Below, in pieces: positions 47,625 through 57,393 of a stretch of DNA of 64,000 nt. The notes under the pieces were generated by a model. It had not been told where the DNA came from and ran no database searches. It saw only the letters and a list, made by a program, of their open reading frames with translations. Both the position numbers and the translations under genes were made by a program. Positions within the stretch are counted from its first letter, which is position 1; every line of letters starts with the position of its first letter. Origin of the DNA: Candidatus Marinacidobacterales bacterium (GTDB lineage: Bacteria > Acidobacteriota > Vicinamibacteria > Marinacidobacterales > DATDRI01); assembly GCA_965226495.1 (NCBI GenBank), contig OZ245365.1:1600001-1664000 (forward strand), given 5' to 3'.

Positions 47625-49205
47625 CTACGGTCTCGCGGCATCTCGAGACGTAGGGGCGGGGCTGGCCTCAGCAAGGATCTTTCCCCCGGACTCCGCCATG
47701 ACACGGGTACGCAGAGAGGGTTCGTCTACCAGCTCCTGGAAACGATGAGGTTCGGTCAGAGTTACGATACGGCCCCACTCGAGCACGCGGATTCGAAACT
47801 CCTCGAGAGTCCAGATTTCTCCCAAATGGTCTTGTGTGTAGAAGTGAGCTTGGGGATAGAAATTCTTGTAGCAGATCACCTTTTCATGGGGAGCGAGCTC
47901 AGCGAATCCTATCGATGCGAGCGTCTTGAGCGATTTGTAGGGTTCGATCAACGGCGCCAGATAAAGAACGAGTGTAAGGGTCAATGTCACCGAGCTCGCC
48001 ACCAGGCTCTGGAACGCCACCCGAGGGTGCCTTCGCCCAAGCAGGTAAGTTGCGACGCTGAGAACGATCACCAAAGACCCCAAAACCCAGCCGCCTTCGA
48101 CGATGGCGGGGAGTCGACTGGAGAAGCCATAGACGGCGGCGGCTCCAAGGACGATCGAAAGGCCGAGCTGAATTGCCAGAGGCCGGCTCACCCAGCGAGC
48201 TCCCGGTTCTTCGGTTCTGGACTCGTCGGTCCAGAACGTTCCGACGAGAAGGGAAAGGGGGGGCAGGATCGGCAAGATGTATCCGGGCAGCTTTGAGCCC
48301 GCGAGCGAGAAGAAGACTAGAGGAATACCGATCCACAAGAACAAAAACAGTCGACGTGGATCCCTTTTCCGAAACGCGCTCCAGACTGCTCCGGGAATGA
48401 AGGCGGTCCACGGGACGAGAGCTACGACGAGAATCGGAAGATAGTAGTAGAAAGGACCATCGTGGCGGTGGACCGTGGTTAGGAATCGATCGAGGTTATG
48501 TTGGAACACGAAGGACTCCACGTATTCCCAACCTTGCGCGTTGAGGATCGCTACGTGCCAGGGGGCGACCACCGCCAGAAACGAAACGGTAGATGTCAGC
48601 AAGCTCGCCGGTTTTGGCAGGACGCGGCGATGACTCACGACCTCGAAGAAAACTATGATGACGAGGGGGAGCACAATGCCGACTGGGCCTTTGGTGAGGA
48701 CGGAGGCTCCAAACGCCGCGAAGGCGACGGCAAGCCATTTCTGCGACGGCCGTACCGTCGCGTAGAACAGGTAGGCTCCTAACCCCAGCGTAAGGAAAAA
48801 GGTTAGAACCGAGTCCATGATCGCCGCGCGCCCGTAGAGGACCATGCCAAGGGAGCTCGCTAGCACCACCGCGGATCGTAGGCCGCTAGCGGAACCGAAG
48901 AGCCGAGCCCCCAGGAAGCCAATCGATAGGCAGGTAGCGAGTGCGGCGACTGCCGACGGTAGCCGCACCGCAGCCTCCGTCTCCCCCAACGCCCACATGC
49001 TCGTGGCGGCGACCCAATAGAAAAACGGGGGCTTGTGAAGCCAGGGCTGACCGCGAAGCTCTGGAGTTACCCAATCGCCTCGTTCCAACATCCCTCGCGA
49101 CACTTCGGCGTAGCGAGACTCATCCGGGCCGACTAGACCCACGCCCCCCAGGCGATAAAAGAAAGAAATGGCTCCAAGGACGATAAGAGCCACGGTAAGG
49201 CGCAT
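47625..49205 (-). CDS. Glycosyltransferase family 39 / ArnT-like
   Basis: DESRYAEVSR, KPPFFYW, RLPSA, TKGPVG, SKLPGYILP. Confidence 0.9.
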   Translation of the reverse strand: MRLTVALIVLGAISFFYRLGGVGLVGPDESRYAEVSRGMLERGDWVTPELRGQPWLHKPPFFYWVAATSMWALGETEAAVRLPSAVAALATCLSIGFLGARLFGSASGLRSAVVLASSLGMVLYGRAAIMDSVLTFFLTLGLGAYLFYATVRPSQKWLAVAFAAFGASVLTKGPVGIVLPLVIIVFFEVVSHRRVLPKPASLLTSTVSFLAVVAPWHVAILNAQGWEYVESFVFQHNLDRFLTTVHRHDGPFYYYLPILVVALVPWTAFIPGAVWSAFRKRDPRRLFLFLWIGIPLVFFSLAGSKLPGYILPILPPLSLLVGTFWTDESRTEEPGARWVSRPLAIQLGLSIVLGAAAVYGFSSRLPAIVEGGWVLGSLVIVLSVATYLLGRRHPRVAFQSLVASSVTLTLTLVLYLAPLIEPYKSLKTLASIGFAELAPHEKVICYKNFYPQAHFYTQDHLGEIWTLEEFRIRVLEWGRIVTLTEPHRFQELVDEPSLRTRVMAESGGKILAEASPAPTSRDAARP

Positions 49206-49285
49206 CGGAACGCATTATAATGATAATCCATGGCAACCAACTTGCCCGTTATCGCCCGCAGACCCAGCAGGGAACAAGCCTCGTC

Positions 49286-50065
49286 ATGAGAGCGGTCGCC
49301 GCCGCTATCGAGGCCGCGCTCGCCGGGGGCGATGTGATCCGTGGCTTCTATGGGGGCACGTTCGAAGTCTCGTTCAAAGGTGACGTCAACCTCGTTACCG
49401 AGGCGGACACCCAATCGGAGCGAACCATCGTTTCCCTTCTTAGGAAGCGCGTGCCAGGAGTTGCGATCCTCGCTGAAGAGAGCGGCGAGAGCGGAGGGAC
49501 GAGTGACCGGCGGTTCATCGTAGATCCCTTGGACGGGACGACGAACTTCGCTCACGGCTATCCTGTCTTCGCGGTATCGATTGGCTACGAAGAGGGCGGT
49601 GAGATACAAGCCGGCGTCGTTTACGACCCCATGCGGGAAGAGCTGTTCGTCGCCGAGAAGGGTGTTGGCGCGTTCCTGAACGGAAGAAGGCTCCAGGTTT
49701 CTCGGACGGGCGAGCTTCGCAACGCGTTAGTGGTCACCGGTTTCCCCTACGATTTGCTCCAGGACCTCACCGGCAATTTGCGACTGTTCACTCGCCTCAT
49801 GGCGGAAGTGCGAGCCATTCGTCGGGATGGCTCGGCGGCTTTGGACATGTGCTATGTGGCGGCTGGTCGCTACGATGGGTTTTGGGAAGAGAAGCTTGGG
49901 CCGTGGGATACTGCGGCGGGCTTGATCATCGTCGCAGAGGCGGGAGGTCAAGTGAGCGACTTTTCGGGAGAAGCCTTCAGTTGTCATGGGAAACAAGTGC
50001 TTGCTTCGAACGGCGTCCTACACGGAGAGATGTTGGCCGTCCTCAAGGACCCTGCGCCTCAGTGA
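49286..50065 (+). CDS. suhB: Inositol monophosphatase family protein (SuhB)
   Basis: VTEAD, AEE, VDPLDGTTNF, GSAALD, WDTAAG. Confidence 0.92.
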   Translation: MRAVAAAIEAALAGGDVIRGFYGGTFEVSFKGDVNLVTEADTQSERTIVSLLRKRVPGVAILAEESGESGGTSDRRFIVDPLDGTTNFAHGYPVFAVSIGYEEGGEIQAGVVYDPMREELFVAEKGVGAFLNGRRLQVSRTGELRNALVVTGFPYDLLQDLTGNLRLFTRLMAEVRAIRRDGSAALDMCYVAAGRYDGFWEEKLGPWDTAAGLIIVAEAGGQVSDFSGEAFSCHGKQVLASNGVLHGEMLAVLKDPAPQ

Positions 50066-50168
50066 CACCTATCCGGTTTTGAGGACACCGGTGTTTGCCC
50101 CCTCGCTCGTCGCACGCTCTAATCGACACACGCTCAAGAGCTAACCTGCCTGGCGGTCTTTGGCGCGG

Positions 50169-50185
50169 TTGGCACACGATCTGCA
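50169..50185 (+). promoter_or_regulatory. sigma54 (-24/-12) promoter
   Basis: TTGGCACACGATCTGCA, GG-N10-GC. Confidence 0.65.
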
Positions 50186-50271
50186 CTTACTCCAAGAAGC
50201 AACGTTCGAGCCCCCTCCGGAACGCAAAGAATGCAAGACGAGGGAGACGCCTGGCGAGTTCCGCTAGTGAA

Positions 50272-50303
50272 CCCTCACCCTACCCTCTCCCAGGGGGAGA
50301 GGG
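50272..50303. repeat. Palindromic CCCTCACCC..CCCTCTCCC/GGGAGAGGG element
   Basis: CCCTCTCCC-AGG-GGGAGAGGG hairpin preceded by CCCTCACCCTA; resembles a widespread bacterial intergenic palindrome. Confidence 0.6.
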
Positions 50304-50369
50304 ATAAAGGACGGTAGCCAGCATCGAATAGCGCGTGTTTTGGCGTCCGGCACGAGACGAGGGGGCTTC

Positions 50370-51063
50370 ATGAGAACCGCAGCGTTGATCCTTGGGACCT
50401 TGTTGGTGACTGTTCCCACCGAGGCGAACTCCTTTTCTATCCGGCTCGGCTTGTTCTCCCCGCGGGGCGATAGTCGACTCTGGGCGGAGAACGTAGAGAC
50501 TTTCGATTACGCAGTCGACGATTTCAACTCGCTCTTCGCTGGAGTTGAGTTCCATGTCGAGCTAAACGAGTACGTGGACGTTGCGATGGGCGTGGACGGC
50601 TACAGCCGCACACTGGCCACTCGCGGAGAATCGGGACGATTTCGTGTTCCGGGACGTGGACGTTGCGATGGGCGTGGACGGCACCGAGATCCTCCAGGAT
50701 GTACGGTTACGGGTGGCGCCGATTATTGTCGGAACTCGCTTCTTTCCAGCCGGGAAGTTCCATGTATTACTGCCTTACGTCTCGGGGGGGCTGGGCCTGT
50801 ACGTATATGAGTACCGAGAGGAGGGTGAGTTCATCGACTTCTCGACTTCCGAGATCTTCGGGGCGGCCTTCTACGACCGCGGTGTAGCCGTTGGCCTATA
50901 CGCAGCCGCGGGTCTTGAGGCGTCGCTCACCCCGGGCTTTCTCGTCTTCGGGGAGCTACGGCGCCACTTTGTCCGTGCCGAGCATGGCCGCGACTTCGCG
51001 AGTTTCGGCGACCTCGATCTGGATGCAACTCAACTGAGCTTCGGGATTACGTTTCGATTCTGA
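50370..51063 (+). pseudogene. Outer membrane beta-barrel protein, frameshifted near 50620-50680
   Basis: Signal peptide in one frame; LPYVSGGLG and terminal GITFRF in another; 29-bp duplication at the junction. Confidence 0.7.
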
Positions 51064-51159
51064 AGGTCCAGCGTGCGAGGCCCCGCGAGCTCCACCTTGC
51101 TATAATGGTATGATTCGTCTGGCTCGGCGGTCCGGGCACAAGATTCTTAATTTAGGAGT

Positions 51160-52782
51160 GTGATTGAAATGAATCCCGAACCAGACGGGCCTATCGTTCG
51201 TCGGGCCCCTGGGTGGGGTCGGTTCTTCGTGCTGTCGGCCGGTGCCGCGGCGGTCGCTTTGGGTCTGTCGATGGCTCTAGGAGTCTCCGGACCGTTGACG
51301 AAGGGCCCAGCGGCCCAACTTCCGATCCCTGCGGCTTCTCTCGAGTCCGAGAGCGAGAGGGAGCCGAGACCGGCACCTTCCGTACCGGCCATACCAGAAC
51401 GAAACTCGACGGCCCCCGTTCGCGACGATGATGAGAAACTTCCAGATCCCGAAGCGCTGTCGCGCGTCTTTGTCGGTGTCGCCGCCAAAGTAAAGCCGGC
51501 GGTGGTGAATATCTCGACGGAGAAGGTCTCGTCGGATTCACCCTTTCGGCAACCGGAGCCGGGAGGACCGTTCGACGACTTCTTCGAGCGTTTCTTCGGC
51601 GGTCCCCAGGGTGAGCAGCGGCGCCGCAGCCTAGGGTCTGGAGTGATCGTGGATTCTCGTGGCTACATATTGACCAACAACCACGTGGTCGAGCAAGCTG
51701 ACGAGATCGAAGTGCAGCTCTCCGATGAAAGCAGTTTTGCGGCGGAGGTCGTGGGGACCGACCCAGAGACGGATCTTGCGGTCATTCGGATTGAATCGGA
51801 TGAAGAATTTCCGTTTGCCTTGTTGGGCGATTCGAACGATCTCGTGGTCGGGGAGTGGGTGCTGGCGATCGGAAATCCCTTTGGTTTCGGGCACACGGTC
51901 ACGGCCGGCATCGTGAGCGCCAAAGGAAGGATCATCCAACAGGGTCCCTACGATGACTTCATCCAGACCGATGCCGCGATCAACCCAGGTAACTCGGGAG
52001 GACCTCTCGTCAACATGAAGGGGCAGGTGGTCGGGATCAACTCCAACATCATTTCCGCGAGCGGTGGCAGCATGGGGATCGGTTTCGCCATTCCTTCGAA
52101 CCTGGGCCGAAAGATCTACGACCAGCTCGTGGAGTATGGCTCGGTCACTCGCGGCTGGCTGGGGGTAGGTATCCAGAAGTTGACGCCCGAGTTGGCACGG
52201 AGCTTTAAGTTGGAGAACGAGAAGGGAGCCGTGGTCAGTGAAATTCTCGGTGACGACTCGCCAGCGGCTGAGGGAGGTCTTCAGGCGGGGGACGTTATCG
52301 TCGAACTGGACGGGAAAGAAGTGGACTCGGATACAGCGCTTGTGCAGAGGGTGGCCGATGTACGCCCCGGGGAGACGGTCGAGATCAAGTTCTTTCGTGA
52401 TGGCAAGCTGAAAGCCACGAGCATCACGCTTGGGACGCGCGCCAAGAACCTCGCTGCACGCGCGGAACGAAGTGAAGAGACCGAGCGCGGTCGACTCGGG
52501 GTCTCGGTTCAGAATCTCACTCCTCAGCTAGCCTCACAGCTAGGTACTGCCACACGCGCCGGCGTCGTGATTCTCGGGATCGATGCGGCGGGGCCGGCGG
52601 CCGATGTCGGACTCCGGCGTGGAGACATTATCCTCGAGGCGAACCGCGAGCCGGTCGCTACCGTTGATGACTTGGAACGGGAGATAACAAAGGTCGACGC
52701 AGGCGGCGACCTGCTGCTTCGGGTAGAGCGCGTCGTGCGCGGGCAGTCGAGCTTCCTCTGGATTCCGGTGGAGCTCGATTAG
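51160..52782 (+). CDS. degP: Do/DegQ (HtrA) serine endoprotease with two PDZ domains
   Basis: SLGSGVI, TNNHVV, TDLAVI, IQTDAAINPGNSGG; extended -10 TGCTATAAT upstream. Confidence 0.93.
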   Translation: MIEMNPEPDGPIVRRAPGWGRFFVLSAGAAAVALGLSMALGVSGPLTKGPAAQLPIPAASLESESEREPRPAPSVPAIPERNSTAPVRDDDEKLPDPEALSRVFVGVAAKVKPAVVNISTEKVSSDSPFRQPEPGGPFDDFFERFFGGPQGEQRRRSLGSGVIVDSRGYILTNNHVVEQADEIEVQLSDESSFAAEVVGTDPETDLAVIRIESDEEFPFALLGDSNDLVVGEWVLAIGNPFGFGHTVTAGIVSAKGRIIQQGPYDDFIQTDAAINPGNSGGPLVNMKGQVVGINSNIISASGGSMGIGFAIPSNLGRKIYDQLVEYGSVTRGWLGVGIQKLTPELARSFKLENEKGAVVSEILGDDSPAAEGGLQAGDVIVELDGKEVDSDTALVQRVADVRPGETVEIKFFRDGKLKATSITLGTRAKNLAARAERSEETERGRLGVSVQNLTPQLASQLGTATRAGVVILGIDAAGPAADVGLRRGDIILEANREPVATVDDLEREITKVDAGGDLLLRVERVVRGQSSFLWIPVELD

Positions 52783-52807
52783 GGACGGGCTGCCTCCTCA
52801 TTCCGTG

Positions 52808-52901
52808 GATAGTAATCCTTAGACAGCAAAAGTAATCAATTCACAGTAATCAGTACAACAGCAATGTACTGATTACTACTCGCTGATTACTGATAACTAT
52901 C
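52808..52901. repeat. AGTAATC/GATTACT heptamer inverted-repeat hairpin
   Basis: Perfect 13-bp stem AGTAATCAGTACA (52845-57) / TGTACTGATTACT (52865-77) with two outer nested pairs. Confidence 0.8.
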
Positions 52902-52904
52902 ATC

Positions 52905-53546
52905 ATGCAAAGTTTCGCAGATTACCTACGTGCATCGATCATCGGTCTCGGTAGCATTGGCGGGGGAGTCGGTCTCTTTTTCATAGCGTTTTTCGACTCT
53001 TCGTTCATCTCGCTACCCGAGATCAATGACCTCCTCGTTATCTATTTTTGCATGCGCTTCAAAGGCCATGCGTTCTATTACGCGGTCATGGCTGCGCTCG
53101 GTTCGGCGGCTGGTTGCACGGTGCTTTATTGGCTCGGGAGATCGAAAGGCTATGGATTCCTAGAGAAGCGCTACTCGGAAGAGAGGCTCAAATCGGCTCT
53201 TGGTTTTTTTCGGCGCTACGGAATGTTTGCGCTCATCGGCCCGGCTTTGCTACCGCCGCCCTTCCCGTTCAAGATCTTCGTTTTGTCCGCCGGAGTCTTT
53301 AAGATCCCGTTCGGTAGGTTTCTAGTCGCCATCCTATTGGGACGCGGTTTCCGATACTCTTGCGAAGCGTGGCTCGCGGTGCGATATGGGGAGCGAGCCA
53401 TGGCCTATTTGCACGCGAACTATATGCAATTGGCAATGGTCGCTTGTGCCCTGACCCTGACTTCCATTGTGATCTACCTCGTGGTCACGGCGCTCAAGAA
53501 GAGACATCGAGCGACTTCCGACGAGGCTCCCGAGCCCAACCTTTAG
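52905..53546 (+). CDS. VTT-domain (YqaA/DedA/SNARE-associated) membrane protein
   Basis: IAFFDSSFISLPE, GSAAG...YWLG, LLPPPFPFKIFVLSAG, GR..RY. Confidence 0.85.
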   Translation: MQSFADYLRASIIGLGSIGGGVGLFFIAFFDSSFISLPEINDLLVIYFCMRFKGHAFYYAVMAALGSAAGCTVLYWLGRSKGYGFLEKRYSEERLKSALGFFRRYGMFALIGPALLPPPFPFKIFVLSAGVFKIPFGRFLVAILLGRGFRYSCEAWLAVRYGERAMAYLHANYMQLAMVACALTLTSIVIYLVVTALKKRHRATSDEAPEPNL

Positions 53547-53651
53547 AGCGCTCCCCCCGGAGTTGCATGCTCCCGGAGGAGGGTTTTGACAAACAGGCCT
53601 CCGCAGGGCACTAATGAGTTAGTTTGAATCCCAGAGTTTCGGTGCACCACA

Positions 53652-54530
53652 ATGGAGGATAGCAAGCTCTCCGGCTCCCGGATTCGAGCCTCACCGATCG
53701 CCGGTACCTGGTATCCCGGCCAGCCGGACACTCTAGAGCGCGCGGTGCTCGATCTCTTGGAGGCGGTCGAGCCGGTCGATATTAACGGAGAGCTCGTAGC
53801 ACTCCTTTGTCCCCATGCGGGTCTGCGGTACTCGGGCGGAGTGGCCGCTGCCGGTTATCGCCTCTTGGAGCAGAGACCCTTCGATACCGCATTGGTGTTG
53901 GGGCCTTCCCACCACGTCTACTTTCAGGGAGCTTCTGTCTATGATCGCGGCGCCTTCGAGACGCCTCTGGGGCGCATCCAGATAGATGAAGAGCTTGCCA
54001 GGGCTGTTCACGACAGCAGCCCCTGTATGCGCGTTTTTTTCGAGGCTCATGATCAAGAACACTGTCTCGAGATGCAGCTACCCTTTCTGCAGGTTCTGAA
54101 CCCCGAGATGAAAATCGTCCCGATCATCATGGGAGACCAGAGTCGTCAGAACGTCGAGGCGGTGGCCGATGCCATCGCCTCGACTCTGATCCGCAACGGC
54201 AGACGGGTCCTCTTGATCGCAAGTTCAGATCTATCCCACTACAAGTCCGCAGAGGTTGCTCAGGCTATGGATGGAAAGGTCTCCGCACTCGTCGATCGGT
54301 TCGATCCGGACGGTCTCATGGAGCTTCTGGAGACGAATCATGAACATGCCTGCGGCGGCGGGCCGCTGGTAGCCGTGATGCGAGCGGCTCGGGCCCTCGG
54401 TGGTCGATCGGCACAGATTCTGAGGTCTGGGGATTCGGGCGACATCAGCGGGGACAAATCGGAGGTGGTTGGTTATTTGTCGGCGGCGGTTTACAGTTCG
54501 GAGCCACAGCGGTGCCACACGAGGACGTAG
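53652..54530 (+). CDS. amrB: AmmeMemoRadiSam system protein B (MEMO1 family)
   Basis: AGTWYP, PHAG..YSG, GPSHH, EHCLEMQLPFLQ, ASSDLSHY, ACGGGP, VVGY. Confidence 0.93.
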   Translation: MEDSKLSGSRIRASPIAGTWYPGQPDTLERAVLDLLEAVEPVDINGELVALLCPHAGLRYSGGVAAAGYRLLEQRPFDTALVLGPSHHVYFQGASVYDRGAFETPLGRIQIDEELARAVHDSSPCMRVFFEAHDQEHCLEMQLPFLQVLNPEMKIVPIIMGDQSRQNVEAVADAIASTLIRNGRRVLLIASSDLSHYKSAEVAQAMDGKVSALVDRFDPDGLMELLETNHEHACGGGPLVAVMRAARALGGRSAQILRSGDSGDISGDKSEVVGYLSAAVYSSEPQRCHTRT

Positions 54531-55120
54531 ATTCGAGTTTGAGCCCCGTTCAGCGCCAAGCACTTTTGAACATAGCGCGCTGGGCTCTCGAGACGTTCGT
54601 CAACGATGGGTCCGAGGCGTCCTACCGACTGAGAGATCCTGAGCTCGAAAAACCGGCCGCCGCCTTCGTTACTCTCACCCGCAAGGGAGACCTCCGCGGG
54701 TGCGTGGGATACAGCGATCCACTCTATCCGCTCCACCAAATGATCTCCCGTTGCGCGAGATCGGCTGCCAGCGAGGATTATCGCTTCCCGCCGGTTCAAC
54801 GCGACCAGTTATCGGAACTGAGAGTATCGATTTCCGTCCTCTCGCCGTTGGAGAAAGTCGACAACCTCGAGAACATCATCGTCGGGCGGGACGGCCTGCT
54901 CGTCGTCGATTCGGAATGCCGGGGGCTTCTACTTCCCCAGGTTGCTCCTGAGCAGGGGTGGGACCGAGAAGGTTTTCTAGATGGTGTCTGTCGGAAAGCC
55001 GGATTGCCGGACTCCGCCTGGCGGACGGGACGACTCGAGATATTCGGTTTCCAGACCGAGAATTTTTCTGAAGGTGAAAACGAGGTCGCGGTTGGGATGC
55101 AGGCCGTAACGAAAACGTAG
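54512..55120 (+). CDS. amrA: AmmeMemoRadiSam system protein A (AMMECR1 family)
   Basis: AFVTL, LRGCVG, D.RFPPV, ISVLSP, GLLLPQVA, CRKAGL. Confidence 0.93.
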   Translation: MPHEDVDSSLSPVQRQALLNIARWALETFVNDGSEASYRLRDPELEKPAAAFVTLTRKGDLRGCVGYSDPLYPLHQMISRCARSAASEDYRFPPVQRDQLSELRVSISVLSPLEKVDNLENIIVGRDGLLVVDSECRGLLLPQVAPEQGWDREGFLDGVCRKAGLPDSAWRTGRLEIFGFQTENFSEGENEVAVGMQAVTKT

Positions 55121-55174
55121 TCCCAACCGCTTTTGGCGAGGGCTAGAATGAGGACGAGGAGGAGGCCAACGTCT

Positions 55175-55250
55175 ATTAACCTGACGTCAACAAATTGTTC
55201 ACACCAAATTAACCCTCACGGGTTGACCCGCCGCGGTGAATCAAGATAAT
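55175..55250 (+). promoter_or_regulatory. Pho-box-like direct repeats plus sigma70-like promoter
   Basis: TTAAC 55176, TCAAC 55187, TTCAC 55198, TTAAC 55209 (exact 11-bp period); TTGACC-N16-GATAAT downstream. Confidence 0.7.
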
Positions 55251-55269
55251 AGAACTTCCGACTAGCTGA

Positions 55270-56439
55270 ATGAACCCGTCCTGCCGAGAAACCGCTCCTA
55301 GCCCGGCATCGCCGGGGCACCTTCTGCTGCGCCTCGCTTCGATCCTATTGTTGCTTTTCGTTTTCCTGATTGGAGTGAAGGGGCTCGGGGACGGCTTCAA
55401 GATGCTGGGCCGAGATCTTCTGGCGGGCTTCTTTACCGCCACCGAAAATCCCTTTATCGGCCTGATGGTAGGGATTCTGACAACGACGCTCGTCCAGAGC
55501 TCCTCGGTGACGACCTCCATGATTGTCGGTCTGGTCGCGGCACCGGAAAACCCATTGCCTCTCGCCAACGCGGTGCCCATGGTGATGGGTGCGAATATCG
55601 GCACGACGGTTACCAACACCATCGTGGCGTTGGCCCACATGGGGCGTCCAGAGGAGTTCCGTCGAGCCTTTGCGGTCGCCACCTGCCATGACTTCTTCAA
55701 CTACATGAGTGTCGCGATCCTGATTCCGTTGGAGCTGACGACGGGCTTCCTGCAAAGGGCGGCCGCCTTCCTGGTTGCCCCGCTCGAGGGAGTCGGGGGT
55801 ATCAAATACGAGAGTCCGCTCAAAGATGCGCTCAAGGCTGGTCTCGCCCCGGTCAAAAATTTCGCCAAGCTGCTGTTTGAAAGCGAGCGGGGCCAAGCAG
55901 TTGTGGTCATCTTTGTGAGCGCCTTATTGATCTTCACCGCCTTGGCGTTATTGGTGAAGGTGATGAGGTTGGTCATGCAGACCAGGGTGGAGAGTTACGT
56001 GGGCAGTGTCCTCGGTTCGAGCACACTTTTGTCGATGTTGATCGGCGTCATCGTGACGGTCATGGTCCAGTCGAGCTCCATCACCACGTCGTTGCTGGTG
56101 CCGTTGGCGGGAGCGGGGTTGTTGACCCTCAAGCAGGCGTTTCCAATCACTCTGGGGGCGAACATCGGCACCACCGTCACCGCGCTTCTGGCGTCGCTGG
56201 CGGTGTCAGGACCCAACGCCGCGGCCGGTGTCGAGATCGGTTTGGTTCACCTGCTATTCAACCTCACTGGGACACTGCTCATTTATCCCGTGCCCGCGAT
56301 CCGCAATATTCCCTTGAGGGTGGCCCGCGGTCTGGCCGATCGCGCGGTGCAGTCCCGCAAAGTGGCTCTAGCCTATGTGGTCGGGCTGTTTTACGGCGTC
56401 CCGGCTCTCTTGATAGTCTTGAATAAGATCCTTAGGTGA
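55270..56439 (+). CDS. Na/Pi cotransporter (NptA/SLC34-like)
   Basis: Two QSSS repeats, each followed by GANIGTT; HDFFN. Confidence 0.93.
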   Translation: MNPSCRETAPSPASPGHLLLRLASILLLLFVFLIGVKGLGDGFKMLGRDLLAGFFTATENPFIGLMVGILTTTLVQSSSVTTSMIVGLVAAPENPLPLANAVPMVMGANIGTTVTNTIVALAHMGRPEEFRRAFAVATCHDFFNYMSVAILIPLELTTGFLQRAAAFLVAPLEGVGGIKYESPLKDALKAGLAPVKNFAKLLFESERGQAVVVIFVSALLIFTALALLVKVMRLVMQTRVESYVGSVLGSSTLLSMLIGVIVTVMVQSSSITTSLLVPLAGAGLLTLKQAFPITLGANIGTTVTALLASLAVSGPNAAAGVEIGLVHLLFNLTGTLLIYPVPAIRNIPLRVARGLADRAVQSRKVALAYVVGLFYGVPALLIVLNKILR

Positions 56440-56457
56440 TAATTAGGGGAGACACCC

Positions 56458-57162
56458 ATGCTTCGTGAATTGCTCACCATATTTCGTTCCGAGAATCCGC
56501 TCAATGCGATGGGCAAAAAGTTCGCCAAGATGCTGCAGCTGACCCTCGAAATGACGACCCGCGCCGGCGACATCTTTTTCGATAACCAAAACTCTCCCGA
56601 AGAGCGGACCCGGATCTACGAACAGGATGTACGGGTCAATCAGCTGGAGCGTTCGATTCGTAAGAGGGTCGTAGCCCATTTGTCGATTCCGGGGAACACT
56701 CAAGACGTTCCATACTCACTGCTTTTGATGAGTCTGGTGAAAGACGTGGAGCGGATCGGGGACTACGCCAAGAATCTTGCGGAGCTCGTCGACTTTCGCC
56801 CCGGGTCGCTACCGGAAGATGAGATTGTCAACGAGCTCAAGGAGATCCGCCGGGGTGTCGAAGACGCCTTCCAGTCCACCCTGGACATCTTTGCGACGTC
56901 CGACACTGAGCGCGCCATGCAATACATTCACCAGGGCCGAGACCTTGCCCACCGGTGTGATTCACTGATTCAACGTGTTGCCAGCGCAAGCCACGATGCT
57001 GCTACGACCACGGTATTGGTTCTTTGCTCGCGCTATTACAAGCGCATCGGTGGCCACGCGCTCAATATTTTGTCCGCCGTGGTGATGCCGCTCCACAAGA
57101 TCGACTACTACGACGAGAATGAGATTCCCAAGAAGCAGCAAGAGACGGCTGCCTCGAGCTAA
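56458..57162 (+). CDS. PhoU-domain protein
   Basis: D..VN.LE, KDVERIGDYAKN, RYYKRIGGHA; directly follows the Na/Pi transporter. Confidence 0.88.
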   Translation: MLRELLTIFRSENPLNAMGKKFAKMLQLTLEMTTRAGDIFFDNQNSPEERTRIYEQDVRVNQLERSIRKRVVAHLSIPGNTQDVPYSLLLMSLVKDVERIGDYAKNLAELVDFRPGSLPEDEIVNELKEIRRGVEDAFQSTLDIFATSDTERAMQYIHQGRDLAHRCDSLIQRVASASHDAATTTVLVLCSRYYKRIGGHALNILSAVVMPLHKIDYYDENEIPKKQQETAASS

Positions 57163-57164
57163 GC

Positions 57165-57360
57165 CCTGAGCCCACGCGGAGCGGCGCTGGCGGCCGCAGC
57201 GAAGCCAGTCGAGCGTAGGCCGCGCCCGAGCGAGGAGCGAGGGTGCAGTTGAACCAAGACGCGAGTCGCGGAGCGAGCAGCGAACGGGGGGAGCCTTCAG
57301 CCGTCGCGCAGGCACCGGTTGACGAAGCGACGAGCACGGGGGTGGGGCCCCGTGAAACTG
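57165..57360. repeat. REP-like element cluster between convergent genes
   Basis: GAGCCTTCAGCCGTCGCGCAGG and hairpin CACGGGG-GTGGGG-CCCCGTG (57335-57354). Confidence 0.75.
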
Positions 57361-57393
57361 AAAGACTGCGTCCCCGCGCGTATTAATAAAACC

